A stretch of 64,000 nucleotides of DNA, from sequence record NC_048203.1; one strand, given 5' to 3'. Made by a program: the position numbers and the translations under genes. Below, piece after piece: positions 19,665 to 30,264 of the stretch (the stretch's first letter is position 1; each line of letters opens with the position of its first letter). Under the pieces are notes generated by a model. That model searched no databases, had not been told where the DNA came from, and saw only the letters and a program-made list of their open reading frames with translations. This stretch comes from Escherichia phage vB_Eco_mar003J3.

Positions 19665-20931
19665 ACTTAGAACTTCTTAGTGCATTAAGTTCTCTCTGCA
19701 TATATTCTAACTGTTCCTTATAGTCCACTATTTGTTTTTGTAGTTCCTGTACAACTGTGATAATATCAGCCATAACAGCCTTATCATTTACGTTTAGAAT
19801 CTCAAATTCTTTTCCATTATCATCTACAGACTGACCCCCACTAAAAACATAAATAGGGTCAATAGCTTCCATCTGCTGTGCTAAATACCCACGCTGGGGA
19901 ACTACATTTCCTTTATATGTGAATTCTACAATCCCTATTTGTTCAATTCGTTCCCACGCACCCGATTTCGGCAATTTAAAATTGTCTTTGATACGAACAT
20001 CAGAACCTTGAATAGCAACTTGCCCTAAAGGAGTATGCATTGTGCTGTCCGCTCGCATAGAATACCAGAGATTTATATTATCAGATCTTGTTAATTGCCA
20101 TGTATATTGTGCGACTCCATCTACAGTATAAATGTAGTTGGCTACCGTACAGTCAGAGTTTTCAAGATGGGATAACTTGTTATGTCTAACACCGTCTAAC
20201 GACTCTTGGCTTTTTAGCTTTACAATTGTAGCAGTGTATGCGTCAGAATTCCCAAAAAGTGCTCGAGCTACAAGGTTTGATTGTGTTTCTAATCCATTCT
20301 GTGGTAGTAAAGTCCCTGGTATATAAAGGTGTCCATTAGAATTAAAACGCATTACTGCTGTATTTGTTCCATGTGCTTCAACCCTTGCTTCGGTAATTCC
20401 ATTTCCAATTGCTGCTTGTGCGTAGAAATCTGCACTAAAGTTATCGGTAGCTCCTACTTTATACTTTGAACTAACTCTGCCACCACTTACTACAGTATTC
20501 ACTGGGGGTAATACTGCATCGGCATTGTTAACACTCCAAGAAGTATTTGCCGCAACAAAACCACCAGATGCACGAATAACCCAAACACCAACAAAACTAC
20601 GTGGCAATATGTTGTTTTTTATTGAATATTTTCCATAGACTCCATCACTGGCCCCAGCGTTAATTGTTAATACTGCGTTGTTTCTTACTCTGCTAAAAGT
20701 ACCATCATTAGGTAAAAATGTATCTTCAACTGCAGAATTATATCCGAAAGCTCCGCTTACAGCTTTAGGTGCTGGTTGCCAAACTTTTCCGCTTGTATCG
20801 TTTGCTGCCGTACCATAAATATTAGGTGCTGCCGCTTCATAGACACGCCCATCTTCGGAAGAATTACCACCATCACCACGCCCAAAAAGACTTAACGTAG
20901 AATTTGGTTGCGCACCGTTCCGGTCAGGCAC
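19663..20931 (-). CDS. distal L-shaped tail-fibre protein (LtfB-like), C-terminal segment with intramolecular chaperone domain
   Basis: C-terminal ...AVMADIITVVQELQ... matches the C-terminus of the neighbouring fibre protein; listed start is GTG and the frame is open upstream to an in-frame TAG at 21013-21015. Confidence 0.8.
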   Translation of the reverse strand: MPDRNGAQPNSTLSLFGRGDGGNSSEDGRVYEAAAPNIYGTAANDTSGKVWQPAPKAVSGAFGYNSAVEDTFLPNDGTFSRVRNNAVLTINAGASDGVYGKYSIKNNILPRSFVGVWVIRASGGFVAANTSWSVNNADAVLPPVNTVVSGGRVSSKYKVGATDNFSADFYAQAAIGNGITEARVEAHGTNTAVMRFNSNGHLYIPGTLLPQNGLETQSNLVARALFGNSDAYTATIVKLKSQESLDGVRHNKLSHLENSDCTVANYIYTVDGVAQYTWQLTRSDNINLWYSMRADSTMHTPLGQVAIQGSDVRIKDNFKLPKSGAWERIEQIGIVEFTYKGNVVPQRGYLAQQMEAIDPIYVFSGGQSVDDNGKEFEILNVNDKAVMADIITVVQELQKQIVDYKEQLEYMQRELNALRSSK

Positions 20932-21012
20932 ACGGAATGTAGTAGATCCGTTACCCGTTGAATACCTACCTCGTTTTTCTGGGTCAGCAAGCCATTCAGC
21001 ATCGGAAATAGG

Positions 21013-21888
21013 CTATAACATTTGAGCGTATGCCCACAATTCAGGCCAGTCTGCGCGATTTAGCAATTGACCATCTGATAAGACTTCATATGGTTGAATA
21101 TACGCACGACTATCACGAAGATGGAAATCACCAACGCCATAGTTCATTACACCATTCATTGTCGGGCCGACAGTGCCTGTATTTACAAGGTTTTGCACCC
21201 AACGTTTCGTCGCTGCATCATAATCGTTAACTGGATCACCAGACAGTGGGGTAGGACCTTGGGGCCTAACAACAGACCATAAAGCTTCCCTATTGGTTAC
21301 TCCTGTACCTCCCTGTTCAACAGATAATGATATCCACTTGTTTTCTACGTCACTATACGCACCCCAAGCACCTGAATTCTGAATAGTTAACCTTGAGCTT
21401 TTATCTCCACTATACACTCGAGTTTCTGTTCCAAATTCCTGGCTAAATCTATCAAGTTCTAGTGCAGTTTTAGCCCCATCTACAGTAGAAGAACCAGTAC
21501 CACCCTGAGCAATAGTAATAGCTTTGGTAAGTGAATTTAGTTCTGTAATATCGTTATTAGCACCCTTACCTGCTTTAGTATCTAGGCCAGTATTAATACT
21601 CTCAATGGATGTGTTAATACCACCCAAGGCAGAATTAATACCACCAATAGACTCGTTAATGCTACTAACAGACTCATTAGTATTGTTAATAGAAGTATCA
21701 ATTCCACTTAGACGAGTGTTTAATTCTTGCTGATCTATATTATACTTAGAGATTTGTAAGTATTTAGAAGTTAATACAACAGCACCAGCCTCTCCATCAA
21801 CAGAGAAAACACCAGCAACAGCAGCATCTCTGTTAACTACAATATATGGCGCCATTGCGCCAGATTTAGGCATTAAATTACGTGACAT
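21013..21888 (-). CDS. distal L-shaped tail-fibre protein (LtfB-like), N-terminal segment ending at an in-frame TAG
   Basis: Repeats GINTSI/GGTG; C-terminus DGQLLNRADWPELWAYAQ is the first half of a collar-like domain whose second half (GNGSTTFRVPD) lies 21 codons downstream in the same frame. Confidence 0.8.
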   Translation of the reverse strand: MSRNLMPKSGAMAPYIVVNRDAAVAGVFSVDGEAGAVVLTSKYLQISKYNIDQQELNTRLSGIDTSINNTNESVSSINESIGGINSALGGINTSIESINTGLDTKAGKGANNDITELNSLTKAITIAQGGTGSSTVDGAKTALELDRFSQEFGTETRVYSGDKSSRLTIQNSGAWGAYSDVENKWISLSVEQGGTGVTNREALWSVVRPQGPTPLSGDPVNDYDAATKRWVQNLVNTGTVGPTMNGVMNYGVGDFHLRDSRAYIQPYEVLSDGQLLNRADWPELWAYAQML

Positions 21889-22286
21889 AAGATTTCCTAA
21901 TAAGATTAGAATTACTCCCTAATCTCTTGTAAACTTTTAGAGTAAAGTGCGAGTCCCTTCGCACAATAGGTTATTATGGAGTATTTTTTATTTTACTCAC
22001 TTCTGTTTCAAGTGTGGACACACAGTTAACTAAAGCTAGAGCTTGATTTACTTCCGTAAGAAGTTTCTTAAGAGTAGTAATCCCTCCCTTTAAGCTATCA
22101 ATTTCTTTTGCTTACTGGTCATTTTCATCCCTTAGCTGAAGAAGAGCTTCATGGTGTAGTACTCTGTCTTTTCATCGAACATGATGTTGTCCGCATATTG
22201 CCGAGTTTGATCGGACTGTATACTCACAACATCCGCGCGGATGTAAAAACCTGCAACAGCATGGTTTAGGAGGAATCCAAATGGTG

Positions 22287-24929
22287 TTACTTTTGTAACA
22301 TCAGATTAACTAGTTCTTTAAGCTCTGCGACTTCTGACTTCAGCGTTTCGATTTCCGTATTCTTTCTCTGTAACTCCTGAACGACGGTTACTACATCCGC
22401 CATGACCGCGCGGTCATTTACGTTCATTATCTCAAATTCATTACCGTCATCACCAAGAGCGGTCCCCCCAAAGTAAGTATAGGTATCGTCGATATCAGCC
22501 ATTTGCTGTGCAAGAAAACCGCGCTGACGGATTTTACTTCCGTTATAGTAAAATTCCATGACACCTATTTTAGCAATCCTTTCCGCTGCGCCATCCCTTG
22601 CAGGAGCAAAGCTATTCTTAATGCGGATATCAGATCCTTGGATGGCGACGCGCCCTTCAGGGGTGTACATCCCGTTATCTGCTCGGATCGAAAAATATTT
22701 AATATCAAGACCTGTTACGTCCATCCTTGTTACAAACTGTTGTTGTGAACCTCCTGGAGATACAAGATAGTGATATATTTTTGTTGTGTTATTTTCGACT
22801 TGGCTCAGATAGTTGACGTTATCCGCGTCCGTCGACGATCTATCCGCTTTTTTTATGACCGCCGGGCCGAAAGCGCCATCACGGCCCGAAAATACGCGCC
22901 CCCGGGCTTCACTCTCACATGACATATTGCCATCAGAGTCTATCGCCAAAATAGCCTGTTTAAGTACGCCACCGATTCTGGATACTGCTGATATGCGAGT
23001 CACCACCACTGACGACCCTTTCGTCGCAGCCACGGACATCGACGCATCGGCGATATTAACGCCGTTTTCGGATAGTCGGCTAGTCAGCCACCCGCCCGCC
23101 GTAGCCCCCGCAGGTAGAACAGTCTCCTTATGTACGACCTGCAACGTGTCCTGGATATTAGGGTTAGTCACCTTTTCCAGAACCCAGCCACGCGTCGCGG
23201 CATCCATCTCGCTAACTGGATCTGCTGCTAATGGCGTGGCACCTACTGGGCGGACGTTAAGCCAAGCAGCGGCGCGGTCTGCGAGATCGCTCAAGTTATT
23301 TGCTTTCTTGAGTACATCTGAAGAAGCTGGAACTTCTAGGGCAGTTCTAGCCTCTTCTACTGTAGAAGCTCCGGTACCACCTTTATTTATCGGGATAATA
23401 TCTTCTACAGAGGCTTCTCCAAGTCCTAAAGCTGATCTTGCAGTCTCAATAGTAGAAGCTCCGGTACCACCTTTATTTATTGGGATAATATCTTCTACAG
23501 AGGCTTCTCCAAGTCCTAAAGCTGATCTTGCAGTCTCAATAGTAGAAGCACCAGTACCTCCTTTAGCTACAGGTAAAATTCCCTCAAAACTATCTGTAGA
23601 AATGGCAATATTAACAGAACCATCTGCAGAAGGTCCAATCCCATTAACCATAGTAATATACGGAATTTGTTCCTTAATAGCACCAGCGTTTTCCTCGCCT
23701 TTTGCAGCAGCACGGAATGCTTGACCCTGCATCATATCAGGTAGACGGAAAGTAGTAGTACCATTACCAGTGGAGAAATAGAGAGTTGCACCAGCTTGCC
23801 ATTGTTCCTCAGTAACCGAAGGGATTAAGCCAGCTTCAATAGCTTCCCAAGTATCTGGGTAGTCTACACGTAGAACCTCACGACCATCAGCAGGAAGAAC
23901 ACCAGGGTACCCAACGCCTGAATCCTTATCATAAGGGAACCAAGTAACTTCACCTAACCACAGAGAAGGATTACCACCAGGAAGAGTAATCTGTATGTTA
24001 CCTACATCATCTGCACGAACGTTATTAATAGAAACTATCTTTTGCTCTGCCTCTACTAACTCTAATTCTGGAGTCTCAGCAGTTCCAGCTACTTTGTACC
24101 ACCCATATTTTGAGTCAGTTTGGTTCCATACTAGGATCTTTTCACCTAGTGCGCGACTACTAACGTCAGTATCTGCTTCTTCTTTGGTCTTGTAGACTTT
24201 GATAAAGCCAGATATATCTTCTTTATCCAGTTTGCTATCTACAATCTGAGTAGCACGATCTGCCTCAGCTTTAGCACGATCTGCCTCAGTAGTAGCATCG
24301 ATAGCTTTATCGCCAGCTTCAGTAGCAGAACCAGCAGCATTAGTTTCAGAAATCTTAGCGTTTAGTTCTGATTGCTTAGCAGCAGCAGCATGCTCACCAG
24401 CAGTTGTTGCAGCAGCATCGGCTCCTTCTTTAGCAGTTTCTGCACCAGTTTGTGCAGTTTCAGCGGCTACTTGAGCTTGTTGAGCAGCAGTTTTAGCTTG
24501 TTCGGCTAGTTCTCTACTTCTTTCAGCATTTTGAGCAGCTAACTGAGCCGCATCTTTGTGTGTGCCGGCTTCTGTAGCAGATGCAGCGGATTCTTCAGCG
24601 CTAGCCTTAGATAATCCAGCTTGTCTCTCAGATTCCGTAGCAGAAGTAGCTGCTTGAGTAGCAGAAGCTTCAGAAGAATCAGCGTAAATAGCAGCTCTAT
24701 TTTCTGAGTCTCTAGCGTTAGTTTCAGATAATTTTGCTGCAATTTCAGAATCTTTTGCAGCAGCAGCTGAAGCTGCGGATGATTCCACAGCCGCAGTCAG
24801 TTCACCCGCAGTAATAGAACTGATAGAGTTACCTAAAACTACTGTATATTTAGGATACTTACTAGCAGTAGTTGTAGTATCATCTATGTTCAGAATCTGC
24901 TGTACAATAATTTTAGTTTTAAGTGCCAT
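22287..24929 (-). CDS. proximal L-shaped tail-fibre protein (pb1/LtfA-like) with C-terminal intramolecular chaperone domain
   Basis: 880 aa; Ala-rich coiled-coil N-terminus, GGTGASTIE repeats, collar-like DGREVLRVDYP...GNGTTTFRLPD, C-terminal AVMADVVTVVQELQ. Confidence 0.85.
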   Translation of the reverse strand: MALKTKIIVQQILNIDDTTTTASKYPKYTVVLGNSISSITAGELTAAVESSAASAAAAKDSEIAAKLSETNARDSENRAAIYADSSEASATQAATSATESERQAGLSKASAEESAASATEAGTHKDAAQLAAQNAERSRELAEQAKTAAQQAQVAAETAQTGAETAKEGADAAATTAGEHAAAAKQSELNAKISETNAAGSATEAGDKAIDATTEADRAKAEADRATQIVDSKLDKEDISGFIKVYKTKEEADTDVSSRALGEKILVWNQTDSKYGWYKVAGTAETPELELVEAEQKIVSINNVRADDVGNIQITLPGGNPSLWLGEVTWFPYDKDSGVGYPGVLPADGREVLRVDYPDTWEAIEAGLIPSVTEEQWQAGATLYFSTGNGTTTFRLPDMMQGQAFRAAAKGEENAGAIKEQIPYITMVNGIGPSADGSVNIAISTDSFEGILPVAKGGTGASTIETARSALGLGEASVEDIIPINKGGTGASTIETARSALGLGEASVEDIIPINKGGTGASTVEEARTALEVPASSDVLKKANNLSDLADRAAAWLNVRPVGATPLAADPVSEMDAATRGWVLEKVTNPNIQDTLQVVHKETVLPAGATAGGWLTSRLSENGVNIADASMSVAATKGSSVVVTRISAVSRIGGVLKQAILAIDSDGNMSCESEARGRVFSGRDGAFGPAVIKKADRSSTDADNVNYLSQVENNTTKIYHYLVSPGGSQQQFVTRMDVTGLDIKYFSIRADNGMYTPEGRVAIQGSDIRIKNSFAPARDGAAERIAKIGVMEFYYNGSKIRQRGFLAQQMADIDDTYTYFGGTALGDDGNEFEIMNVNDRAVMADVVTVVQELQRKNTEIETLKSEVAELKELVNLMLQK
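23361..23540. repeat. two near-identical 90-bp tandem repeats inside the tail-fibre gene
   Basis: Copies 23361-23450 and 23451-23540 differ at one or two positions; diverged third copy flanks them. Confidence 0.9.
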
Positions 24930-25351
24930 TATTGAGTTACTCCATCGCTGATGTATACTTTACCTTCCATAATACGGAAAGAACTGACTTCAGAGCCAAT
25001 TACATCACGAGTCATTAGGATATCATAATAACCAGCAAAACGTTGTCTTGGGTTATACTTATCACGTTCTTTAGATGCTTTTTCACCAATATTAGTAACG
25101 TCTGCAACGGAAAGACTAATTGCAGCAGCACCTTGAGCAGCATCAATAACACGAGTTTTAAAGTTAGCTAGAACCTCGGCGTTCTCATCTAAACTAGACT
25201 TAATAGTTCCTCGGAGTGAATATCCGGTTAAGTTAACAGGAACTTCTGTTGGTGGATATACACTGTCATCAACATCCATAAACTGCATGATAAGACCATA
25301 AGGTACTTTCTCATCAACAACAATATCAATAACTCGGTTTTCTGTACTCAT
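24929..25351 (-). CDS. collar protein (p132-like)
   Basis: 140 aa; position between pb4 and fibre gene; TAATG overlap with fibre gene start. Confidence 0.6.
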   Translation of the reverse strand: MSTENRVIDIVVDEKVPYGLIMQFMDVDDSVYPPTEVPVNLTGYSLRGTIKSSLDENAEVLANFKTRVIDAAQGAAAISLSVADVTNIGEKASKERDKYNPRQRFAGYYDILMTRDVIGSEVSSFRIMEGKVYISDGVTQ

Positions 25352-25356
25352 TATAA

Positions 25357-27414
25357 TTACCTTATATGGATATACCCACTATTTAGGTCTATCTTCATCT
25401 TGTAGTATGCTTCAGGGTTCCCTGATAACGCAGCATTTCTATCGTAGATTATATTAACACCGATTTGTGATAAGAAGGCATTTCCTGCCACAATCTTATC
25501 CGCAGTAACAGTTCCATTAACAATCATATTGCCATGAAGAACCATTGCAGGGTTAATCCATCCAGCTCCGTTCCACTGACGGGTAAATGCTGTTTGTGGA
25601 GCATTACTGTTAAATTGTGTTAGAACATCGTATTTAACCGGAGGTTTTCCAAAGTTATTTTGAAAGAATGCGTTAGCTTGTCCATCATCCCAACCGCCTA
25701 ATCCAGGAATACCCATGGAGTACATCCCAGGACCACGCTGTCCATCATGTCCTATAGTACCTTCAGTACCACTCCATTGAACTACATCAGACCAGCTAGT
25801 ACCTTCAAGAAGTTTGTTAGTAACTGGATCAAGTGTACCTGTAGTCGCATAGATATTTTGTGTCATATCTGTACGGTTAGGTGGAGTTTTTGACCAACCA
25901 GGAGGTGGATAATCTTGTTCTAGCGGTTTGGCCGGTAAAGATGTTGCTAACTTATAAACAAATACTGTTTGCTTACCTTGTAAACCAGTTCCAATATCTA
26001 CGTCACCATTTGGTGTTCCAATCACTACACCACTAGAAATACGCAGAGTAGTACCATCATAACGTATCCATTGTGTAGCATTACCAATGTCTAACTTAGC
26101 TTTGGCAGAGGTATTATCCATACCCATCCAAATACCAGAGTTATTATCCCCCCAGGATTTACCTTGAGTGTAAATTGCTGGGTTATCTTTACCAGACAAG
26201 TTAGTCATGATAAAGTTCGCAGCATTAATATCTCTAGTAATTACTTTACCATCAACGTTAACAACACGGTTTATAGGGTCAAAAGAAATAGGTGCTTTAC
26301 CTTCTTCATCTAGCAGACCAATGTTAATAGCACCAGTAGCTGCATCAATTAGGAATGTTTGTCTCCAGATTTCCCCATCTTTCATGCTGCCTTTAATAAA
26401 GGCATAGTTAACATCAATACCCGTCTCATTGACAAAACTATTATCTAGAGGAGTATCTTCATTCAGAATAAACGTTACAGGAGCTGACTCTGTTATATCT
26501 TGTTTACTTGGTCCCCAGGCAATTGATGATACCTTAAAAGTATGTTCAACTTTCCATGGGAATGATATAATTGTTGCAGCTCTGGCAGCACCCACGTTTA
26601 TCTTTTGAGCTTTAGCCCATCCGGTTTTAGCATATTCCTCGGAGTTTATGTAAGTAACCAAGAATTCACGAACGTTAGCACCAGCACCACGTTCCCAGTC
26701 CCACTCAATTCTAACATCATATCGTTCTTTACCATCAGCAATTCGTGCAGCTTTAAAAACAATATCGATAGGTGCAGTAGGAGGAACAAAATTATAAGCT
26801 ACAGTTAGAATATTAGTGAACTCATAGTACCCAGAAGAATCAACTGTAACACCATCAGGCATAGTTACTTGACCAGATATTCTGATCTTATAATCTCCGA
26901 TAGGAACTCCACCAAATTTAATAGTAGAACCTAAAGCCCCAATATAATATTTAGTCCATGGACTGTCTTCAGTGGCTGTACTTTTTAACTCAATAGTACA
27001 GTAGCTTGCTTCACCAGTTGTTTCCACAACAACTATTGGTGCGCCCACCCCAACATCCACAGGTTCTGACTCAGATCTTGCTGCAACAATTATTGGCTTC
27101 TCTTTTGTTTTAAAGTTAGTTTCATTAGAGAGGTTAATACCAATTTTTGCATTTAAAAGTTCTGAGTCAATAATTGAGTCATAAAAAGCTCCCTGAACCT
27201 GATAGGTAGTTGAGGGAGTTAAGTTATTGATCATAACAAAGAAAGTGTCGATTCCAGTGAAATCTCTTCTATCCACTTCTTCGCCAAGTTTAAGCCAGAA
27301 TGATCTACCGATAACATCGTAGTCGGTATAGATAGAATGCTGGATATACGCCATAGTATATCCAGTCATAATACTATTTAAGACCATCTTGGCTGGTGCA
27401 TTATTCGAAATCAT
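25357..27414 (-). CDS. tail tip protein pb4-like
   Basis: 685 aa; synteny pb3-pb4-p132-ltf as in T5. Confidence 0.7.
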   Translation of the reverse strand: MISNNAPAKMVLNSIMTGYTMAYIQHSIYTDYDVIGRSFWLKLGEEVDRRDFTGIDTFFVMINNLTPSTTYQVQGAFYDSIIDSELLNAKIGINLSNETNFKTKEKPIIVAARSESEPVDVGVGAPIVVVETTGEASYCTIELKSTATEDSPWTKYYIGALGSTIKFGGVPIGDYKIRISGQVTMPDGVTVDSSGYYEFTNILTVAYNFVPPTAPIDIVFKAARIADGKERYDVRIEWDWERGAGANVREFLVTYINSEEYAKTGWAKAQKINVGAARAATIISFPWKVEHTFKVSSIAWGPSKQDITESAPVTFILNEDTPLDNSFVNETGIDVNYAFIKGSMKDGEIWRQTFLIDAATGAINIGLLDEEGKAPISFDPINRVVNVDGKVITRDINAANFIMTNLSGKDNPAIYTQGKSWGDNNSGIWMGMDNTSAKAKLDIGNATQWIRYDGTTLRISSGVVIGTPNGDVDIGTGLQGKQTVFVYKLATSLPAKPLEQDYPPPGWSKTPPNRTDMTQNIYATTGTLDPVTNKLLEGTSWSDVVQWSGTEGTIGHDGQRGPGMYSMGIPGLGGWDDGQANAFFQNNFGKPPVKYDVLTQFNSNAPQTAFTRQWNGAGWINPAMVLHGNMIVNGTVTADKIVAGNAFLSQIGVNIIYDRNAALSGNPEAYYKMKIDLNSGYIHIR

Positions 27415-30264
27415 TTAAATAGATGCCCAATCCACAGATTGCTCGCCATTATCACCTTCTGCTCTTATACGGAAGCGTAACTTCCTATTAATACCTAGAG
27501 CATCCTCGTTATGAAGAGCATAGTCTGCCTTATTGTATATCAGTAGATAATCGTAGACATACTGATCTTCAATTCGTACACTTCTTAATAAACGATCTAG
27601 GTTATCGTAGATTTCGAGAGTGTAGAAGATTCCATCAATGATATCTTCTTCTGGAATTCTATCCCAGGCCAACTTAACGTCTGGTCCTACAAACTCCGAT
27701 ACATCTCCTGAAGCTGTATTAGTAACTCTGAAGTTACTAACGACGCTTAAGTTTTTAGCAGAGTTAAGTTCTACTGATAGTGTTACTGGAGAACTTCGTC
27801 TACCATTAATATCTACAGCTCTAATCTCAAATACTGCTAAACCAGCAGGTTCTCCAATAATTTCTTGGATCATTCGTAGATTTGGATTAGTTTCTAATTG
27901 CTGTACGATATAAGGATCAGCATGTCCAGAGTGAACGATGGAGTAATAAACAACGTTATTAGTTAAGCTAGGAAGCCAAGATAGCTCACCATTCTTACCA
28001 ATAGATCCTACTTGTCCACCCGGTGTTGGTGTATACATAAAGTCTCTAGGAGGCAGTACGTTATTACTAACATCAGGGATATCGTTACCACTATTATCAA
28101 CCTGCTCGGAGTTAATGAATACATCCTCACCGTACTCTTGCAGTGTAATATTAATCTTACCTTCTCTAGAGTTTTCAACTTCATCAACTAGGAAGTATTT
28201 CTTGTCCCAACCATAACGACCGTATGTAAAAGCAATCGGATCGTTAGGCTCAATGCCTATGAAATGATATGGTAATGAGAATGTGAGAGTTCGTGAGTAA
28301 CGAGACTTTTTCAGTTCTCTATCTGCAAAGCTACGCGCAGTATAGTAGTTAGTGATGTTTGCAAAAGAAAGCTGAAGTTTTTTATCTAACCCTTTATCTT
28401 GCTCCTTAAATATAGAGTTAAAGAATGTAATGGAGTTAGTTTTCCAGCTTAATGCGGGATCTAGTATAGAGGCTTGTACTGAGTTGAATTTATTTCTACC
28501 AGTAGTATCTGACAATTCCAGATCACCATAGGTATCTAAGAAGTCAATCTCCAGTGGAGTATTCGAGAACTTCTCAACAGTTATTCTATACTGACCAGAT
28601 AAGTTGTTGATAGCACCTCCATAAGACTCTATTAATCCCTGCACGTTTTTAAATACTGACTCAGAGGTATCGAGAATAGTATTCATTTGAACTATTTGTC
28701 TATTCTCTCCTACAGCATCAGTCCATCCAACGTATCTCCAGTAGGGTTGCCAAGAAACCTGATAGGATTCATCAATGATATCCAGGATAGCTGCTTCTTG
28801 AATAAGTTGCTGGAGAGGGAACTGATCAATAGTGATATTAGCACCGTAGCGGTCAGAGGTTAGGTAGTCCAGAGTTTGCCAGATACCGTTTAAGCTAGTC
28901 TTATCAGCAGTTACTCTACCATCTGAATGGTAGATTTTAGTCTTCTTACCTTGAACTTCAGCACTAACTTCTGGAATTTCTGTTCTGTTTTCGTTAATAG
29001 TAAAGCGAACAATAGCATAAGCAGTATCTAACAGTTTATAACGAGAGTCCCAGTATTCCGGTCCATTCTCATTCATGTTCTGTAGATAGAAACCTTTCTC
29101 TTTTGCAATGTTAACTAGAACATCCGCAGCAGATTGGTCTGCTCTACCATGGTAAGTCCAGATACGGATATCACCATTACCATCATTATACCTATATTCC
29201 TGTCCATGAACAGAAGGTTCAGAGCTTGATTGACCAGAAGCAATACGTTGCATGGTATCTCCAGCTACTTTCTTAGTACCAAAGCAAGTACGAGACTTAC
29301 TATCATTAGGATCAATACAGATCATTGGTACATCACCAAAGTAGAAATCTAGAAATCCATCAATCTCACCCTCACAGAATGCATACACTATATATACGAT
29401 ATTAGGGTTATGCAGCTCAGTATCTGCGAATACGGGGATTCCAGGAATTTTCTGAGTTCCATACACTACCGGGAGGAACTTAGCCGCTAAGTTAAAATCG
29501 ATATCAACTTCCTTAGTCACAGTCTCATAGTATTTCTTCATGCTATAGCTTCTAGAAAGACCAAATAACTTTTTCTTAGACTGTAACTTGTAGCGTTCTT
29601 CCTGAACCTGATACTTAGCTAGAATAGAGATACTCTTATTAGCGTGGAAGAATCCATAGTCCTCTTGATATTCAGGTCGCTTAGCGCCGTTAGATGGAAC
29701 TAATTGGCCAGCAACAATCTCAAGTCCCCTATGGGCAGCATCATCTGTGAAACGTCCGTTTACTCTATCAAAGTCATAGAATTGATTTGAACAGTTCCAT
29801 GTGATAGTAGATGTGCTAATTCCAGAAGTACCAATGTTATCCTTAATACCTCCACCAGTAATTTTACCACGAAAGTAAAGTAAAGGACCATTAGTGTCTG
29901 AATCTACAGGAAGAATATTGCCTTCTTCATCAATAACCGCTTGATGGATTGAGATAGACCTATCTAGGAAGGATACACCATTTTGGACTAGTTTTAATAC
30001 TTCATCCTCAGCAGTACCTGTGATAGTAAAAGAAAGACTACCAATGGAAAGATCTCTATTTTGTTTATGTGTTGTTATAGACTTAACCTTACCGGATGTA
30101 TAAAGAATACCATTATATCTTACATCTCTAAAATAATCTGTAAGATATATGTACGCAGAACTTGATCCGGTAGAGCTTGGCAATTCAAGAGTAATAAGGC
30201 ATGCAGTTTTTATTTTATTATTGGTTCTTAGATACTCTCTTGCACTGTCAAGAATTTTCTTCAT
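27415..30264 (-). CDS. baseplate hub protein pb3-like
   Basis: 949 aa (the size I recall for T5 pb3); position between pb9 and pb4. Confidence 0.8.
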   Translation of the reverse strand: MKKILDSAREYLRTNNKIKTACLITLELPSSTGSSSAYIYLTDYFRDVRYNGILYTSGKVKSITTHKQNRDLSIGSLSFTITGTAEDEVLKLVQNGVSFLDRSISIHQAVIDEEGNILPVDSDTNGPLLYFRGKITGGGIKDNIGTSGISTSTITWNCSNQFYDFDRVNGRFTDDAAHRGLEIVAGQLVPSNGAKRPEYQEDYGFFHANKSISILAKYQVQEERYKLQSKKKLFGLSRSYSMKKYYETVTKEVDIDFNLAAKFLPVVYGTQKIPGIPVFADTELHNPNIVYIVYAFCEGEIDGFLDFYFGDVPMICIDPNDSKSRTCFGTKKVAGDTMQRIASGQSSSEPSVHGQEYRYNDGNGDIRIWTYHGRADQSAADVLVNIAKEKGFYLQNMNENGPEYWDSRYKLLDTAYAIVRFTINENRTEIPEVSAEVQGKKTKIYHSDGRVTADKTSLNGIWQTLDYLTSDRYGANITIDQFPLQQLIQEAAILDIIDESYQVSWQPYWRYVGWTDAVGENRQIVQMNTILDTSESVFKNVQGLIESYGGAINNLSGQYRITVEKFSNTPLEIDFLDTYGDLELSDTTGRNKFNSVQASILDPALSWKTNSITFFNSIFKEQDKGLDKKLQLSFANITNYYTARSFADRELKKSRYSRTLTFSLPYHFIGIEPNDPIAFTYGRYGWDKKYFLVDEVENSREGKINITLQEYGEDVFINSEQVDNSGNDIPDVSNNVLPPRDFMYTPTPGGQVGSIGKNGELSWLPSLTNNVVYYSIVHSGHADPYIVQQLETNPNLRMIQEIIGEPAGLAVFEIRAVDINGRRSSPVTLSVELNSAKNLSVVSNFRVTNTASGDVSEFVGPDVKLAWDRIPEEDIIDGIFYTLEIYDNLDRLLRSVRIEDQYVYDYLLIYNKADYALHNEDALGINRKLRFRIRAEGDNGEQSVDWASI

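Noticed and set aside
22813-23724. 303-aa + strand ORF inside the proximal tail-fibre gene
   Set aside because: Antisense to a well-supported fibre gene; Ala/Ser/Pro-rich product is typical of the reverse strand of repetitive GC-biased coding DNA.
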